Part shown: positions 1 through 8,501 of the stretch, piece by piece | How the letters are laid out: each line of letters begins with the position of its first letter | How positions within the stretch are numbered: the stretch's first letter is position 1 | From: a plasmid | Sequence record: NZ_CP027239.1 | Length of the DNA stretch: 64,000 bases | Reading direction: 5' to 3' (one strand) | The notes under the pieces: generated by a model | Told to the model about the DNA's origin: nothing | The model's database searches: none | Seen by the model: only the letters and a program-made list of their open reading frames with translations | Made by a program: the position numbers and the translations under genes

Positions 1-146
1 CAACCGTTCATGCGGCGCTCAAGCGCTGCCGGCGCATCACGCCCAAGCGCACACCCACCCGACAGCCGGATCTCAAACACGCTGGCTGGGCAGTGCACCT
101 TACCCGGTGACCGTGCTGCGTTACGCCCCGCAGGCGCCGGGCATGC

Positions 147-692
147 TCAGCGCCGCCGCGATACCTCGGCGGCCAGGGCCTCGTTCATCCGGTCGAACAT
201 AGGGAGAGTCGTCTCGCGGATCGAGCCGATCATCGGTGGCACCGCGATTCCGGAGAACCGTTCCTCCTGGTGCAGGACCACCCGGCCGTCGCCGGCGGGC
301 TCGATGGTGAACCAGTGCTCGCCGTCGAAGATCCCCGGCAGCATCACCGAACCCTTCCACCGCAGCTCCCGGCCGGGCTCCACGGTGAGGACCGTCGGCG
401 TGAAGGTCATGCTCCCGCCGTTGGTGTCGATCAGTTCGTTGGTCAACGTCCCGCCCTCGACCAGGTCGCCGGCGGAGGAGACGATGAAGGGATTCCACCG
501 CGGGTACGATTCGCGGTCGGCCAGTACGGCCCACACCTCGTCAGCAGTGGCCTCGATCTCCAGGGCCGAGCTCATCTCGTAGTCGCGGGACACCGCCCAG
601 ATCGAGTACGCGACGGCCGGAAGCAGCACCGCCGTGGCGGCGATGGCGGTGTAGCGCAGGATCGGGCGTCGGCGTCTGGCGGCCTTGGCCAT
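147..692 (-). CDS. SRPBCC-fold protein (polyketide cyclase/dehydrase-like)
   Basis: ORF 147..833(-) trimmed to ATG at 692 (MAKAARRRRP...). Hydrophobic N-terminus, then the motif 'ESYPRWNPFIVS' typical of the SRPBCC/cyclase-dehydrase family (PF10604-like). Typical high-GC codon usage. Confidence 0.5.
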   Translation of the reverse strand: MAKAARRRRPILRYTAIAATAVLLPAVAYSIWAVSRDYEMSSALEIEATADEVWAVLADRESYPRWNPFIVSSAGDLVEGGTLTNELIDTNGGSMTFTPTVLTVEPGRELRWKGSVMLPGIFDGEHWFTIEPAGDGRVVLHQEERFSGIAVPPMIGSIRETTLPMFDRMNEALAAEVSRRR

Positions 693-806
693 GGTCGTAT
701 CTCCCTCGGGTGTCGGTGCCGCCGGGCGGCGACGCGCCCCACGGTAACCGTGCGGACTCACCGCCGTCTTGCCGCCCACTTTCGGAAGGGCCCCCAAACC
801 ACGACG

Positions 807-1328
807 GTGACACCGGCCAACTGGCCTGATCACGATTGCCTAGCGCCAATCGTCGAGCACTTTGAGATCGACTGGGAAAGGAAGTTCGGTCCCGGGATTC
901 CGCCAGTGCCGGAACCTGGCGAGTCGGCCGGCCATGCCTATTTTGCCAGCTACGCACCTACGAAGGCGACGGTTCGACTGTTGAATGTTTCCCCGAACAA
1001 TATCTACGTTCGAGGCGTGTTCTTTCAGGTCTTCTGGAAGGATCCTGACAATGTTGTTCGCTCAAATATCTACCAAAGCAGCGTCCCTTTCGAGTCTCTC
1101 CCTTACGTAGACTTTGGCTTCATTCCGAAGCAGGTCTATGGAATGGGAAAGAGGCGTTCCCCGGAAATGCTCTACGGCCGAGACTCGATCGAGTTCTCCG
1201 TCGAATACCCGGGCGCCGGCGACGTGCGTGTCGCAGGCGCCAGCGAACCGTCTAGCTGGATCGACCCCGATGGCATCGACTGGTGGTTTGCCGACCCGGA
1301 CGTTCGCCAACGATGCGGTCAGAGCTAG
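807..1328 (+). CDS. hypothetical protein in a low-GC patch
   Basis: 174 stop-free codons from GTG 807 within ORF 270..1328. Region about 840-1330 is visibly AT-richer (roughly 55% GC) than flanking DNA. No recognisable domain; start uncertain. Confidence 0.3.
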   Translation: MTPANWPDHDCLAPIVEHFEIDWERKFGPGIPPVPEPGESAGHAYFASYAPTKATVRLLNVSPNNIYVRGVFFQVFWKDPDNVVRSNIYQSSVPFESLPYVDFGFIPKQVYGMGKRRSPEMLYGRDSIEFSVEYPGAGDVRVAGASEPSSWIDPDGIDWWFADPDVRQRCGQS

Positions 1329-1360
1329 ACGCGCCCTGGGTCCAGCGGCGGACAGGGGAT

Positions 1361-4177
1361 TTAGCTCCAGATCGAAGGTTCTTCGTCGAACTCGTCGGCC
1401 GCATTCACCGGGCGCTCGGGTTCCACGTTCACAGGGTGAGAGCGTCCCGCCGGCGTAGACGCACGGCGTCCGCCGCGGGCCTTAGCTGTGGGCCCCGACG
1501 GTTCGTCCAGTGCGGGCGTGGTATCGGGACCAGGCAGAGTCGGTTGATCCTCGAGCTCGTCGTCCTGCGAGTCGAGCTCAGGAGCTTCGTCTGGGTGATC
1601 GGAGCCGGGGGCGTCGTCGCTGTCCGTGACCAGATACAGCTGGGCAGGTTCGGCGGAGGTAGCGGGCGCCGCAGCCTCGCTGCTGCCCTCGTCGAGGATC
1701 ACCCATCGGGGTTCCTGGCCGCCGTCGGCGTTGGTGACGGTGATCTGCTGGTAGCCGAGGTTGCGTAGTCGTTCGCGGGTCATGTCTTTGGTGCCTCGCA
1801 GCGTTTGCGCGGGGTCCCAGGGGCACGGCATCGGGTCGTCGGGCAGGAACATGACCTGCACCTGCCGGTACCCGTTCTTGGGGTCGTAGCCCCACGCTCG
1901 GCCCTTGGGGGTGCCGGCCTCCGGGAAGCGGGTGCCGTGGTTGGAGTTGAGGATCTGCTCGGACTCGTACTGGTCCAGGGGGCCGACGCCGAGTCGGAAT
2001 CCGAGCTGGGAGCGCAGCTGGGTGGAGATGATCTTGGCGTCCGGCTTCTGGGCGGCGCACACGATGTTGGTTTCCAGGGCTCGGCCGAGCCGGGCGATTT
2101 TCTCGAGGCTGGCTCGGGCTTCGTCCTTGAGTTCCTCCGTCTCGCTGTCCGCGCCGCGGGCCAGGAAGTCGGCGATCTCGTCGAAGAACAGGATGACCCG
2201 CTTGGGCACCGGTCCGTATTGCGCTTCCAGTTCCGGTTGCTGGGCGTACTTGGCGCGCAGCAGGCCCAGGTTGCGGGCCTGGGTGCGGTTGAGCAGGGTT
2301 TGAGCGGCGTCCATGCTCGCTCGTGCCGCGCCGACAGCGGCGCAGATTTCTTCGTCGGTGGCGGCGAATCGGATCACCGAGGGGAACTCTGGGGTCCAGG
2401 TGAAGTCGGTGCGTTTGGGGTCGCACACGATCACCGACAGGACGTCGGGCAGGTACATCGCGTAGAACAGCACGATCGACAGGGCTACCGACTTCCCGGA
2501 TCCCGTCTTGCCGCCGATCAGGCCGTGCGGAGTCTCTCCGAGATCCCAGTCCAGCCAGCCTCCGCCCTTCTGTGGGCCGAACCGGAAAATCCCCTTGTGG
2601 GCGAGCGTGACCGCCTCGTCGAACTCGGGTGTGCCGGGCTCGGGGAAGGCCAATTCTGTCGGCAGTGGAGGCACCGCGGTGATGGTGACCTTCCCCTTGG
2701 GGGCGTCCCACGAGTAGTGCCAGTCGTTGTCGGTGCTCAGGCTGTCCCAGTGGTCTTGGAACCCGTCGCGGGTGTCGCGGGCGTTGACGTCCATGGACCC
2801 GAACTTCACCTCGGCGACCTGCACCATCGCCGAGCCGTCGGCGCTGAGTTCGGGTTGCCACTCGAGGATGTCGCAGTCGACGAAGTTCTTGCTGGAGCCG
2901 AACTTGGACTCGATCACGTTGCGCAGGTTGCGTTCGGTGACCTTGCGGCGGGCCTGCATGCTGCGGGACGGGTACGCGGTCGCCTCGAGCCGGGTGGTTC
3001 CGCCAGGCGTCCAGTCGTACAGCCAGGTCAGGCCCTGGTAGCTGGCCTCCATGGCGGTGTCGAAGTCGGACTCGAACTTGTTGCGGACGCGGCGATCGCC
3101 GAGGTTGAGGGTGTCGAAGTCGATGGACACCGCCACCGGGTAGTGCTCGGGGAACTTCTTGCCCTCGGGCATCCATCGGGTGACTTCGCAGTCGATGCTG
3201 GTGGTCTTGGTGGTGCGGATCATCGAGTAGACGTCGGCGATGATCTTGCGGGCGACGATTTTGCGGCGGGCCCGCAGGTCGTCGTCCGGGACGAGCTCGA
3301 TCTGCAGCTCCCCGTCGGTGGACCAGTCGTAGACCCACACGCCGGGGCCGCGGACCTTGCGATCGAACTCGGCGGTGACACGCTCACGAAACTGGGGGTC
3401 GGTGGCATCGAACCCGCCGTATGACCAGGTCACCTTCGTGGGGAACTGGTAGGTCGTGCCGTTGCGTTCGCTCTCGGTGCGCTCTTCCACGGTCAGGGCG
3501 AAGTCGTAGTCGCCGGCGTTGCGGGCAGCGTCGAACAGGGCCCGGTCGCCGAGCGATCGGGCCATCTTGCGGTCGTGGCTGCGCTGCCAGACGCGGGGGT
3601 CCTCAGCGGGCACGGCGGTGGCCGTCACGTGTGAGGCGTCAGCCCACTCGAAGATCCATTCCTGTCCGTCCGCGGGCGGAGGCGTGGCTTTCTGGATCGC
3701 CTGCTCGAGCGGCATCCGCAGATAGGGGGCGGTGGTGGCGGGGGAGTCGGGACCGACGGTGAGCGTGAAGGTGCTCGGCTTGGCCTTGGCGCCCCACTTG
3801 GCGACTGTGACGTAGGAGTCGGGGCTGACCGGAGTGGTGGCCGTGGACCTGGGTAGGGCCGCAGGGCGTTGCATCGCCGCGTAGATCGCGGCGGTGGCTT
3901 TGCGCCGTCTGGGCATCACCGCCCCGGCCCGGGACAGCGTGTAGAGCAGGAACACGGCCAGGGCGATGCCGGCCCACATGCGCGGCACGACGGCAAAGTA
4001 CAGCGCCGCGATCAGTGCGGCCAGCATTGCCCAGTTCACCGCCACCAGCGGGACGGGGCCGAGCTTGGTGCCGTCCTTCACCCAGGTCAGTGCAGCCCAG
4101 TCGCTGAGCAGCTGCTGCCCCTGCTTCTGCGCCTGCTGCTGGATCCTCGATGGGGGGCGTTTCCGGCCGCGAGCCAT
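1361..4177 (-). CDS. FtsK/SpoIIIE-family DNA translocase (TraB/TraSA-like conjugative dsDNA pump)
   Basis: 938 aa from ATG at 4177 (MARGRKRPP...). Two N-terminal TM helices. Walker A 'GGKTGSGKSVAL' and Walker B 'VILFFDEIADF' with FtsK-like context (AAQKPD...). Acidic C-terminal tail. Confidence 0.85.
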   Translation of the reverse strand: MARGRKRPPSRIQQQAQKQGQQLLSDWAALTWVKDGTKLGPVPLVAVNWAMLAALIAALYFAVVPRMWAGIALAVFLLYTLSRAGAVMPRRRKATAAIYAAMQRPAALPRSTATTPVSPDSYVTVAKWGAKAKPSTFTLTVGPDSPATTAPYLRMPLEQAIQKATPPPADGQEWIFEWADASHVTATAVPAEDPRVWQRSHDRKMARSLGDRALFDAARNAGDYDFALTVEERTESERNGTTYQFPTKVTWSYGGFDATDPQFRERVTAEFDRKVRGPGVWVYDWSTDGELQIELVPDDDLRARRKIVARKIIADVYSMIRTTKTTSIDCEVTRWMPEGKKFPEHYPVAVSIDFDTLNLGDRRVRNKFESDFDTAMEASYQGLTWLYDWTPGGTTRLEATAYPSRSMQARRKVTERNLRNVIESKFGSSKNFVDCDILEWQPELSADGSAMVQVAEVKFGSMDVNARDTRDGFQDHWDSLSTDNDWHYSWDAPKGKVTITAVPPLPTELAFPEPGTPEFDEAVTLAHKGIFRFGPQKGGGWLDWDLGETPHGLIGGKTGSGKSVALSIVLFYAMYLPDVLSVIVCDPKRTDFTWTPEFPSVIRFAATDEEICAAVGAARASMDAAQTLLNRTQARNLGLLRAKYAQQPELEAQYGPVPKRVILFFDEIADFLARGADSETEELKDEARASLEKIARLGRALETNIVCAAQKPDAKIISTQLRSQLGFRLGVGPLDQYESEQILNSNHGTRFPEAGTPKGRAWGYDPKNGYRQVQVMFLPDDPMPCPWDPAQTLRGTKDMTRERLRNLGYQQITVTNADGGQEPRWVILDEGSSEAAAPATSAEPAQLYLVTDSDDAPGSDHPDEAPELDSQDDELEDQPTLPGPDTTPALDEPSGPTAKARGGRRASTPAGRSHPVNVEPERPVNAADEFDEEPSIWS

Positions 4178-4317
4178 AGATTCGCTGTCCTTCCGGTGGT
4201 GGGTCGGCCACATCGTCCCACCTGCTCATGCCGGGGCCTGGCGCCGTTTTCGCGGGGTATGGGCAAGGGCCCGGCCCCGTGAGTCAGGGTCGGGCCCTTC
4301 GGCCGGCTCTGGCGGGT

Positions 4318-5277
4318 CTAGGCGGGCTGCAGAAGCTGGAACGCGCGCTGCCGGAAGGCAGCGTTGGTGTCGTTGAACTGCGACAGGGCGCGGGCGGATT
4401 CTCCGCCGCGGGTGTTCTTGTGCCAGTCCAGGAACTCGCCGACGCTGTTGAGCGCCGCCCATCGGGTGTGGCGGCCCTCCTCCTGGGTGAAGGCGGTGCC
4501 CCACAGGTCCATCAGGGTGTTGCGCCGGTTCTCCCAGCGAGTGACGGAGGTCTTGCGGCCCTCGTCGGGGCGGGGGTCGAGCTCGGCCAGGAACCGGTCG
4601 AACTCGTTGGTGGTCATGGGGCTGGCGATGAGCGCTTCGGCGTGGGCGGTGAATGCCTTGGCGTACTGCATAGCGCCCTGCATGGCGGTGCGGGCCTCGA
4701 TGAGCCGCTGATCGGCGGACGCGGAGTGCCGGATCGACCAGGTACGGGGCGTTGAGCCGTTGTTGACGCCGATTGTCAGGCCATTGGTGCAGACCAGCCG
4801 CCGGGCGGTCACGGACTGCACCGCAGCCCCCTCTCCAGCGTGGGAGGTCGACATCACGACCTTGAACTCCACGGGATCGTTACCGCCGATCGCGGTGGTC
4901 GCCTCGGGAATCGACATCGACATATACGTGGTGCGGCCGTGGTCGACCTCGCCAGCGGCGTCGAACTGGGCGCCGAGCATGTGGGCGTGGTCGGCGACCT
5001 CGAAGGCTGCCGCGTTGTCGATGGTGGTGTAGCGGGAGCCGACGGCGGCCAGGATGGTGTTGTCGTCGTCGCGGACGATGAACCGTCGGCCGGGCATGCT
5101 GCCGATGGTGATGCCGTCAGCGGCCATGAGGGTGACGGAGTCGCCGGGGATGTCGCGCAGGCCCCAGTTCAGGCCGGCGATGGTCAGCGCTTCGTCGACG
5201 GTGCGGGCGGCGCTGATGTCGGTCCCGAGCTGGTGCTCGAACGGGACTCGGTTGGTGACCTTGAGCGGAGTGCTCAT
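4318..5277 (-). CDS. DUF932 / TIGR03299 phage-plasmid-like protein
   Basis: 319 aa. N-terminus 'LTIAGLNWGLRDIPG' and overall size/composition match the DUF932 family common on actinobacterial ICEs, plasmids and phages. Strong RBS GGAGGAGG upstream of ATG 5277. Confidence 0.65.
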   Translation of the reverse strand: MSTPLKVTNRVPFEHQLGTDISAARTVDEALTIAGLNWGLRDIPGDSVTLMAADGITIGSMPGRRFIVRDDDNTILAAVGSRYTTIDNAAAFEVADHAHMLGAQFDAAGEVDHGRTTYMSMSIPEATTAIGGNDPVEFKVVMSTSHAGEGAAVQSVTARRLVCTNGLTIGVNNGSTPRTWSIRHSASADQRLIEARTAMQGAMQYAKAFTAHAEALIASPMTTNEFDRFLAELDPRPDEGRKTSVTRWENRRNTLMDLWGTAFTQEEGRHTRWAALNSVGEFLDWHKNTRGGESARALSQFNDTNAAFRQRAFQLLQPA

Positions 5278-5455
5278 CGTTCCTCCTCCAGGGGTGGGGT
5301 TTGCGATGACTCAACTAAACCTCGACCGTTTTCAACTGCAGCAGGTCGCCATTCATCGACGTCAGCCCGCATTTTCTCGGCTCGCGGCGGGGGAGAGGCG
5401 GCCCGGAGAGGCTCCGCTGCTGGCGCCGACTACGGCTGCCTGCACACTGGAGCCC

Positions 5456-6157
5456 ATGACAATCGCGGTACTGCTCGTGCATGGGTTTGGTGGCGACACC
5501 GACACCTGGGACACCATCGCCCCGCAGCTGGGCGACGCCGGCCTGATCGTGGAGCGACTGTCGCTGTCCGGGCACGGCTCCGACGCGGCAGCGCTGGCGA
5601 CTACGCCGTGGACCGCGTGGGTCGAGGACATGCGTTCCGCGGTCGCGCAGCTCCGCGACCGCGCCGACCGGGTGGTGCTGGTCGGCTATTCGCTGGGCGC
5701 CACCACTGGCCTGTTCGCGCTCGCCGAGCACCTGGTCGACGCCGCGGTGTTGATCTCCCCGAGCGTGGACGTCTCACCGGTGCAGCGGGCTGCGGTCGGT
5801 GTCCTGTCGACTCTGCGGGTGCCGACGATCCCGCGAAGCCTCGTGGGCACCCGCGACGATGACACCGAGGACGAGGGCGAACCGTTGCCGGTGGCGGCGT
5901 TGGCGCAGAATCTCGCGTTCAAGGCCGCAGCCCGCGACCTGGAGCTGACTGCGCCGGCTCCGACGCTGCTGGTCGCCGGCGGGGCCGACGAGGTGGTCGG
6001 CCCCGATGCTGCCGGGCGTGTACTGGCGAAGTTCCCGCAGGGCACCCGGCTCATCACGCTCGCTGGGGGAGAGCACGACCTGCCCGGCGGGCCGCTAGCT
6101 AGTCAGGTCGCCGATCTGGTTGGCGAGTTCGTGAGCTCGACTGGCCGGGCGGACTAG
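5456..6157 (+). CDS. alpha/beta-hydrolase-fold protein (esterase/thioesterase-like)
   Basis: 233 aa from ATG 5456. 'LLVHGFGGD' oxyanion-loop start, nucleophile elbow 'GYSLGA', C-terminal 'GGEHDLP' (His). The upstream 134 codons of ORF 5054..6157 are compositional junk. Confidence 0.65.
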   Translation: MTIAVLLVHGFGGDTDTWDTIAPQLGDAGLIVERLSLSGHGSDAAALATTPWTAWVEDMRSAVAQLRDRADRVVLVGYSLGATTGLFALAEHLVDAAVLISPSVDVSPVQRAAVGVLSTLRVPTIPRSLVGTRDDDTEDEGEPLPVAALAQNLAFKAAARDLELTAPAPTLLVAGGADEVVGPDAAGRVLAKFPQGTRLITLAGGEHDLPGGPLASQVADLVGEFVSSTGRAD

Positions 6158-6374
6158 CTTCATCCGTCGGCTGCGGCGTGTACTTGCGGGCCAGCCCCTC
6201 CGGGGTTCCCCAGAACTGCCGGCCGGTCCGGAGGTTTCGCAGGCGTAGTGAGCGATTGCCTGCCCCTGATTCGGCACTGGAGTCCTCTACGACCAGCACT
6301 TCGGCATTGTCCGATTTCCGTTCCCATACCTGGCCTTGAAGGCTCGGCCGAGCGGGCCCTGCGCTCTTGGTCAT
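6099..6374 (-). CDS. small hypothetical protein (third gene of an ATGA-coupled triplet)
   Basis: 91 aa. Start ATG 6374 overlaps the stop of the upstream gene (ATGA at 6371-6374). Overlaps the 3' end of the hydrolase gene on the opposite strand by 58 nt. Confidence 0.4.
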   Translation of the reverse strand: MTKSAGPARPSLQGQVWERKSDNAEVLVVEDSSAESGAGNRSLRLRNLRTGRQFWGTPEGLARKYTPQPTDEASPPGQSSSRTRQPDRRPD

Positions 6375-6652
6375 GACTCACCTTTTCTCGTCGATTGTGC
6401 GCCTGGTCGAGGTCCGGCGCCGGTGGAGTACTGCTGTCCGGCTCGACGGGCGCGGTAGCCGGCCGCGTAGCCGTCTGCCCATGCCGCCGACACCTCGAGC
6501 GGGGCGACCGCGATCAGGCCTTTCTCTTGCAGGTCGCGGGCGGCTTTCTGGGCCATTCGCTCGAGCGGCACGGAGTACGGGTCTGTATCGCGGTGCAGGG
6601 CCCGGTAGATGGCGTCCGCAACCTGCTCGGTTGCGCGGTCCGGGCTCATCAT
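6371..6652 (-). CDS. small hypothetical protein
   Basis: 93 aa from MMSPDRATEQ. ATG 6652 overlaps the upstream stop (ATGA 6649-6652). Non-repetitive, ordinary codon usage. Confidence 0.5.
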   Translation of the reverse strand: MMSPDRATEQVADAIYRALHRDTDPYSVPLERMAQKAARDLQEKGLIAVAPLEVSAAWADGYAAGYRARRAGQQYSTGAGPRPGAQSTRKGES

Positions 6653-7122
6653 TGGTCGGCCTCTCGATACGGGTTGTCTGCCATCGCTTGACGCCGCGTC
6701 GCGCTGCCGATGGTCGGCTCGAGGTGGTAGACGGCCTCTACCCATCCTTCGGCTCGCCCCTCGCGCTTGGTCTCGGCGTGCAGCCGGTCGGCTGTCTCCA
6801 GCCGGGTCCACGAGCCGTCGCGGGTCAGGCGCCACTCGCTGCCGTCGGCTTCGTTGACGAGCCGGTAGTGCTCGGGGTGTCGGGTGGTGACTGCTGCTGA
6901 CACCAGCTCGCCGGCCGGTTCGGCCCTGTTGGCGACGTCGGGGCCGTCTGTCCGATTCGTTCGCTGCTCGTGCGACTCGGGCTTCGGCTGGTGCTCGTCG
7001 AGCCATGTCGCGACCGCGTCGAGGACTGCGCCCATCGCGCCCACGCCGTCTGTGTCCATCGCCTCGAAGTACACGTCGAACATTAACCCCGCGTCGGGCA
7101 GGTCTTCTCTGGTCCAGCTCAT
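6649..7122 (-). CDS. hypothetical protein
   Basis: 157 aa from MSWTREDLPD (ATG 7122). First gene of three translationally coupled genes. No known domain recognised. Confidence 0.5.
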   Translation of the reverse strand: MSWTREDLPDAGLMFDVYFEAMDTDGVGAMGAVLDAVATWLDEHQPKPESHEQRTNRTDGPDVANRAEPAGELVSAAVTTRHPEHYRLVNEADGSEWRLTRDGSWTRLETADRLHAETKREGRAEGWVEAVYHLEPTIGSATRRQAMADNPYREADQ

Positions 7123-7275
7123 GCGCTCATTCTCCCGTTCCAATTCGCTCTCCTCGGGCGGAATGACCGCCCGAGGAGAGCGCGGCCCCGGAGGGACCTC
7201 ATCCGGTACGCGTCCGATCAGCCCAACGCGGTCCCCTCCGGCGTTACCCGGCTGCCCCGGCCACACTCGCTTACA

Positions 7276-7878
7276 TCAGAACGGGGGTTCGTCGTCCTGG
7301 CCGCCGAAGCCTCCGCCCGCGTTGGCACTGGCGGCAGCGCCCCACGGGTCGTCGATCTGGTCAGATCCCTGACCACCTCCGAAGCCGCCACTCTGCTGGC
7401 CGCCGCCGAAGCCTCCCTCGGGCTGACCACCACCGAAGCCGCCCTGGCCACCTCCCTGGGGCTGGCCGCCGCCGAAGCCGCCACCCTGCTGGCCGCCGCC
7501 CTGGTTGCCGCGGCTGGTGCGGGTGACCTTGGCGGTGGCGTACTTGAGGGACGGGCCGACCTCGTCGACCTCGACCTCGTAGACGGTGCGCTTCTCGCCC
7601 TCGCGGGTCTCGTAGGAGCGCTGCCGCAGCCGGCCGTTGACGATGACGCGCATGCCCTTCTGCAGCGACTCGGCGACATTCTCCGCCGCCTGCCGCCAGA
7701 CGTTGCAGGTGAGGAACAGGCCGTCGCCGTCTTCCCACTGGTTCGTCTGGGAGTTGAAGCGGCGCGGGGTGGAGGCGATGCGGAAGTTGGCGACCGCGGC
7801 GCCCGACGGGGTGAACCGCAGTTCCGGGTCGGCGACGATGTTGCCGATGACGGTGATGGGGGTGTCGCCCTGACTCAT
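7276..7878 (-). CDS. ssb: single-stranded DNA-binding protein
   Basis: 200 aa. OB-fold N-terminus ([29 protein letters not shown]...), Gly/Gln-rich linker with GGFGGGQ repeats, canonical acidic tail DDEPPF. RBS AGGAGA upstream. Confidence 0.9.
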   Translation of the reverse strand: MSQGDTPITVIGNIVADPELRFTPSGAAVANFRIASTPRRFNSQTNQWEDGDGLFLTCNVWRQAAENVAESLQKGMRVIVNGRLRQRSYETREGEKRTVYEVEVDEVGPSLKYATAKVTRTSRGNQGGGQQGGGFGGGQPQGGGQGGFGGGQPEGGFGGGQQSGGFGGGQGSDQIDDPWGAAASANAGGGFGGQDDEPPF

Positions 7879-8031
7879 GGTGTCTCCTAGGTCGTGGGTT
7901 CAGGCGGTGAGCCGGTGTGCCGGTCTCGGGCAGGAGCATCGCACGACGATTTGCCGGTGTGGCGTCTCCGCGACCTGCACGTTGACGGGAATCGCCGGCA
8001 GAGTCTCGCTGGTCAAAGGCAAGGGAAGGGG

Positions 8032-8244
8032 AGGACCATCGCCGCTCGCGTGGGGAGCACGCGGCGCCGGCCTGGAGGATGCGCCGTTGCATGGGACCAT
8101 CACCGCTCGCGTGGGGAGGACCCCCGTACAGTGCGTCGGGCTGGAGCTGGCCCCAGGACCATCCCCGCTCGCGTGGAGAGCACTTGCCTCACCTGATGCA
8201 GACACCAGCTATCTCCGGACCGTCCACGCTCGCGTGGAGAGCAC
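8032..8244 (-). CRISPR. orphan type I-E-like mini-CRISPR array (4 repeats, 3 spacers, no cas genes in window)
   Basis: Four 29-bp repeats at 8032, 8093, 8155, 8216 with 32/33/32-bp unique spacers (period 61-62). Minus-strand repeats GTGCTC[C/T]CCACGCGAGCGG[C/G/T]GATGGTCC closely resemble actinobacterial I-E repeats (GTGCTCCCCGCGCGAGCGGGGATGATCC.). Repeats carry point differences, and the repeat hairpin stem is degenerate. Confidence 0.6.
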
Positions 8245-8402
8245 ACTCGCTACGCTGCGGGTTTTCTCCGTGTACGCGTGGTTGGGGATGGGTTCGGGAT
8301 TGCTCCCGAACGGTGACCACCGCGGTGGCCTTCACGCTTCGCCGGTCCCGCGCCGTTCCCGCCTGATAGCGGTTCGGGCACGGGGCCTCCACGTGCATTA
8401 AC

Positions 8403-8495
8403 GTCCCCACCCTCCGTGGGGACGGCCGCCCTCTCCGGCGGCTACGGCGCGGCCCGGGCCCCGACTATGCGGGCGGATGTGACCACATAGTCGGG
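8403..8495 (-). terminator. cluster of three GC-rich hairpins downstream of the 546-aa gene
   Basis: GTCCCCAC-cctcc-GTGGGGAC (8403-8423); GCCGCC-ctctcc-GGCGGC (8425-8442); CCCGACTATG-17 nt-CATAGTCGGG (8459-8495). No clear U-tract, so function as a terminator is an inference. Confidence 0.3.
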
Positions 8496-8501
8496 TGCCT
8501 G

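Noticed and set aside
1578-3338. Long Arg/Pro/Gly-rich ORFs in alternative frames: 1578..3338(-), 1805..3424(+), 14782..15822(-), 22750..23589(-), 43773..45278(+), 48263..49984(+), 41453..42730(+), 8541..9344(+)
   Set aside because: Typical stop-poor off-frame ORFs of high-GC DNA. Compositionally junk (poly-R/G/P). Each overlaps a gene with clear motifs on the other frame or strand.
7320-7520. About 33-bp tandem repeats (GGFGGGQ units) as a non-coding satellite
   Set aside because: They lie inside the ssb reading frame and encode the usual Gly-rich SSB linker.
7971-7999. Possible fifth degenerate CRISPR repeat one period before repeat 1
   Set aside because: Only about 5/11 matches in the conserved half. 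Not supported.
7877-8401. ORFs 7877..8401(+), 7894..8196(+), 7900..8205(-), 8079..8366(+) across the repeat array
   Set aside because: They are generated by the CRISPR-like repeats; they are not credible proteins.
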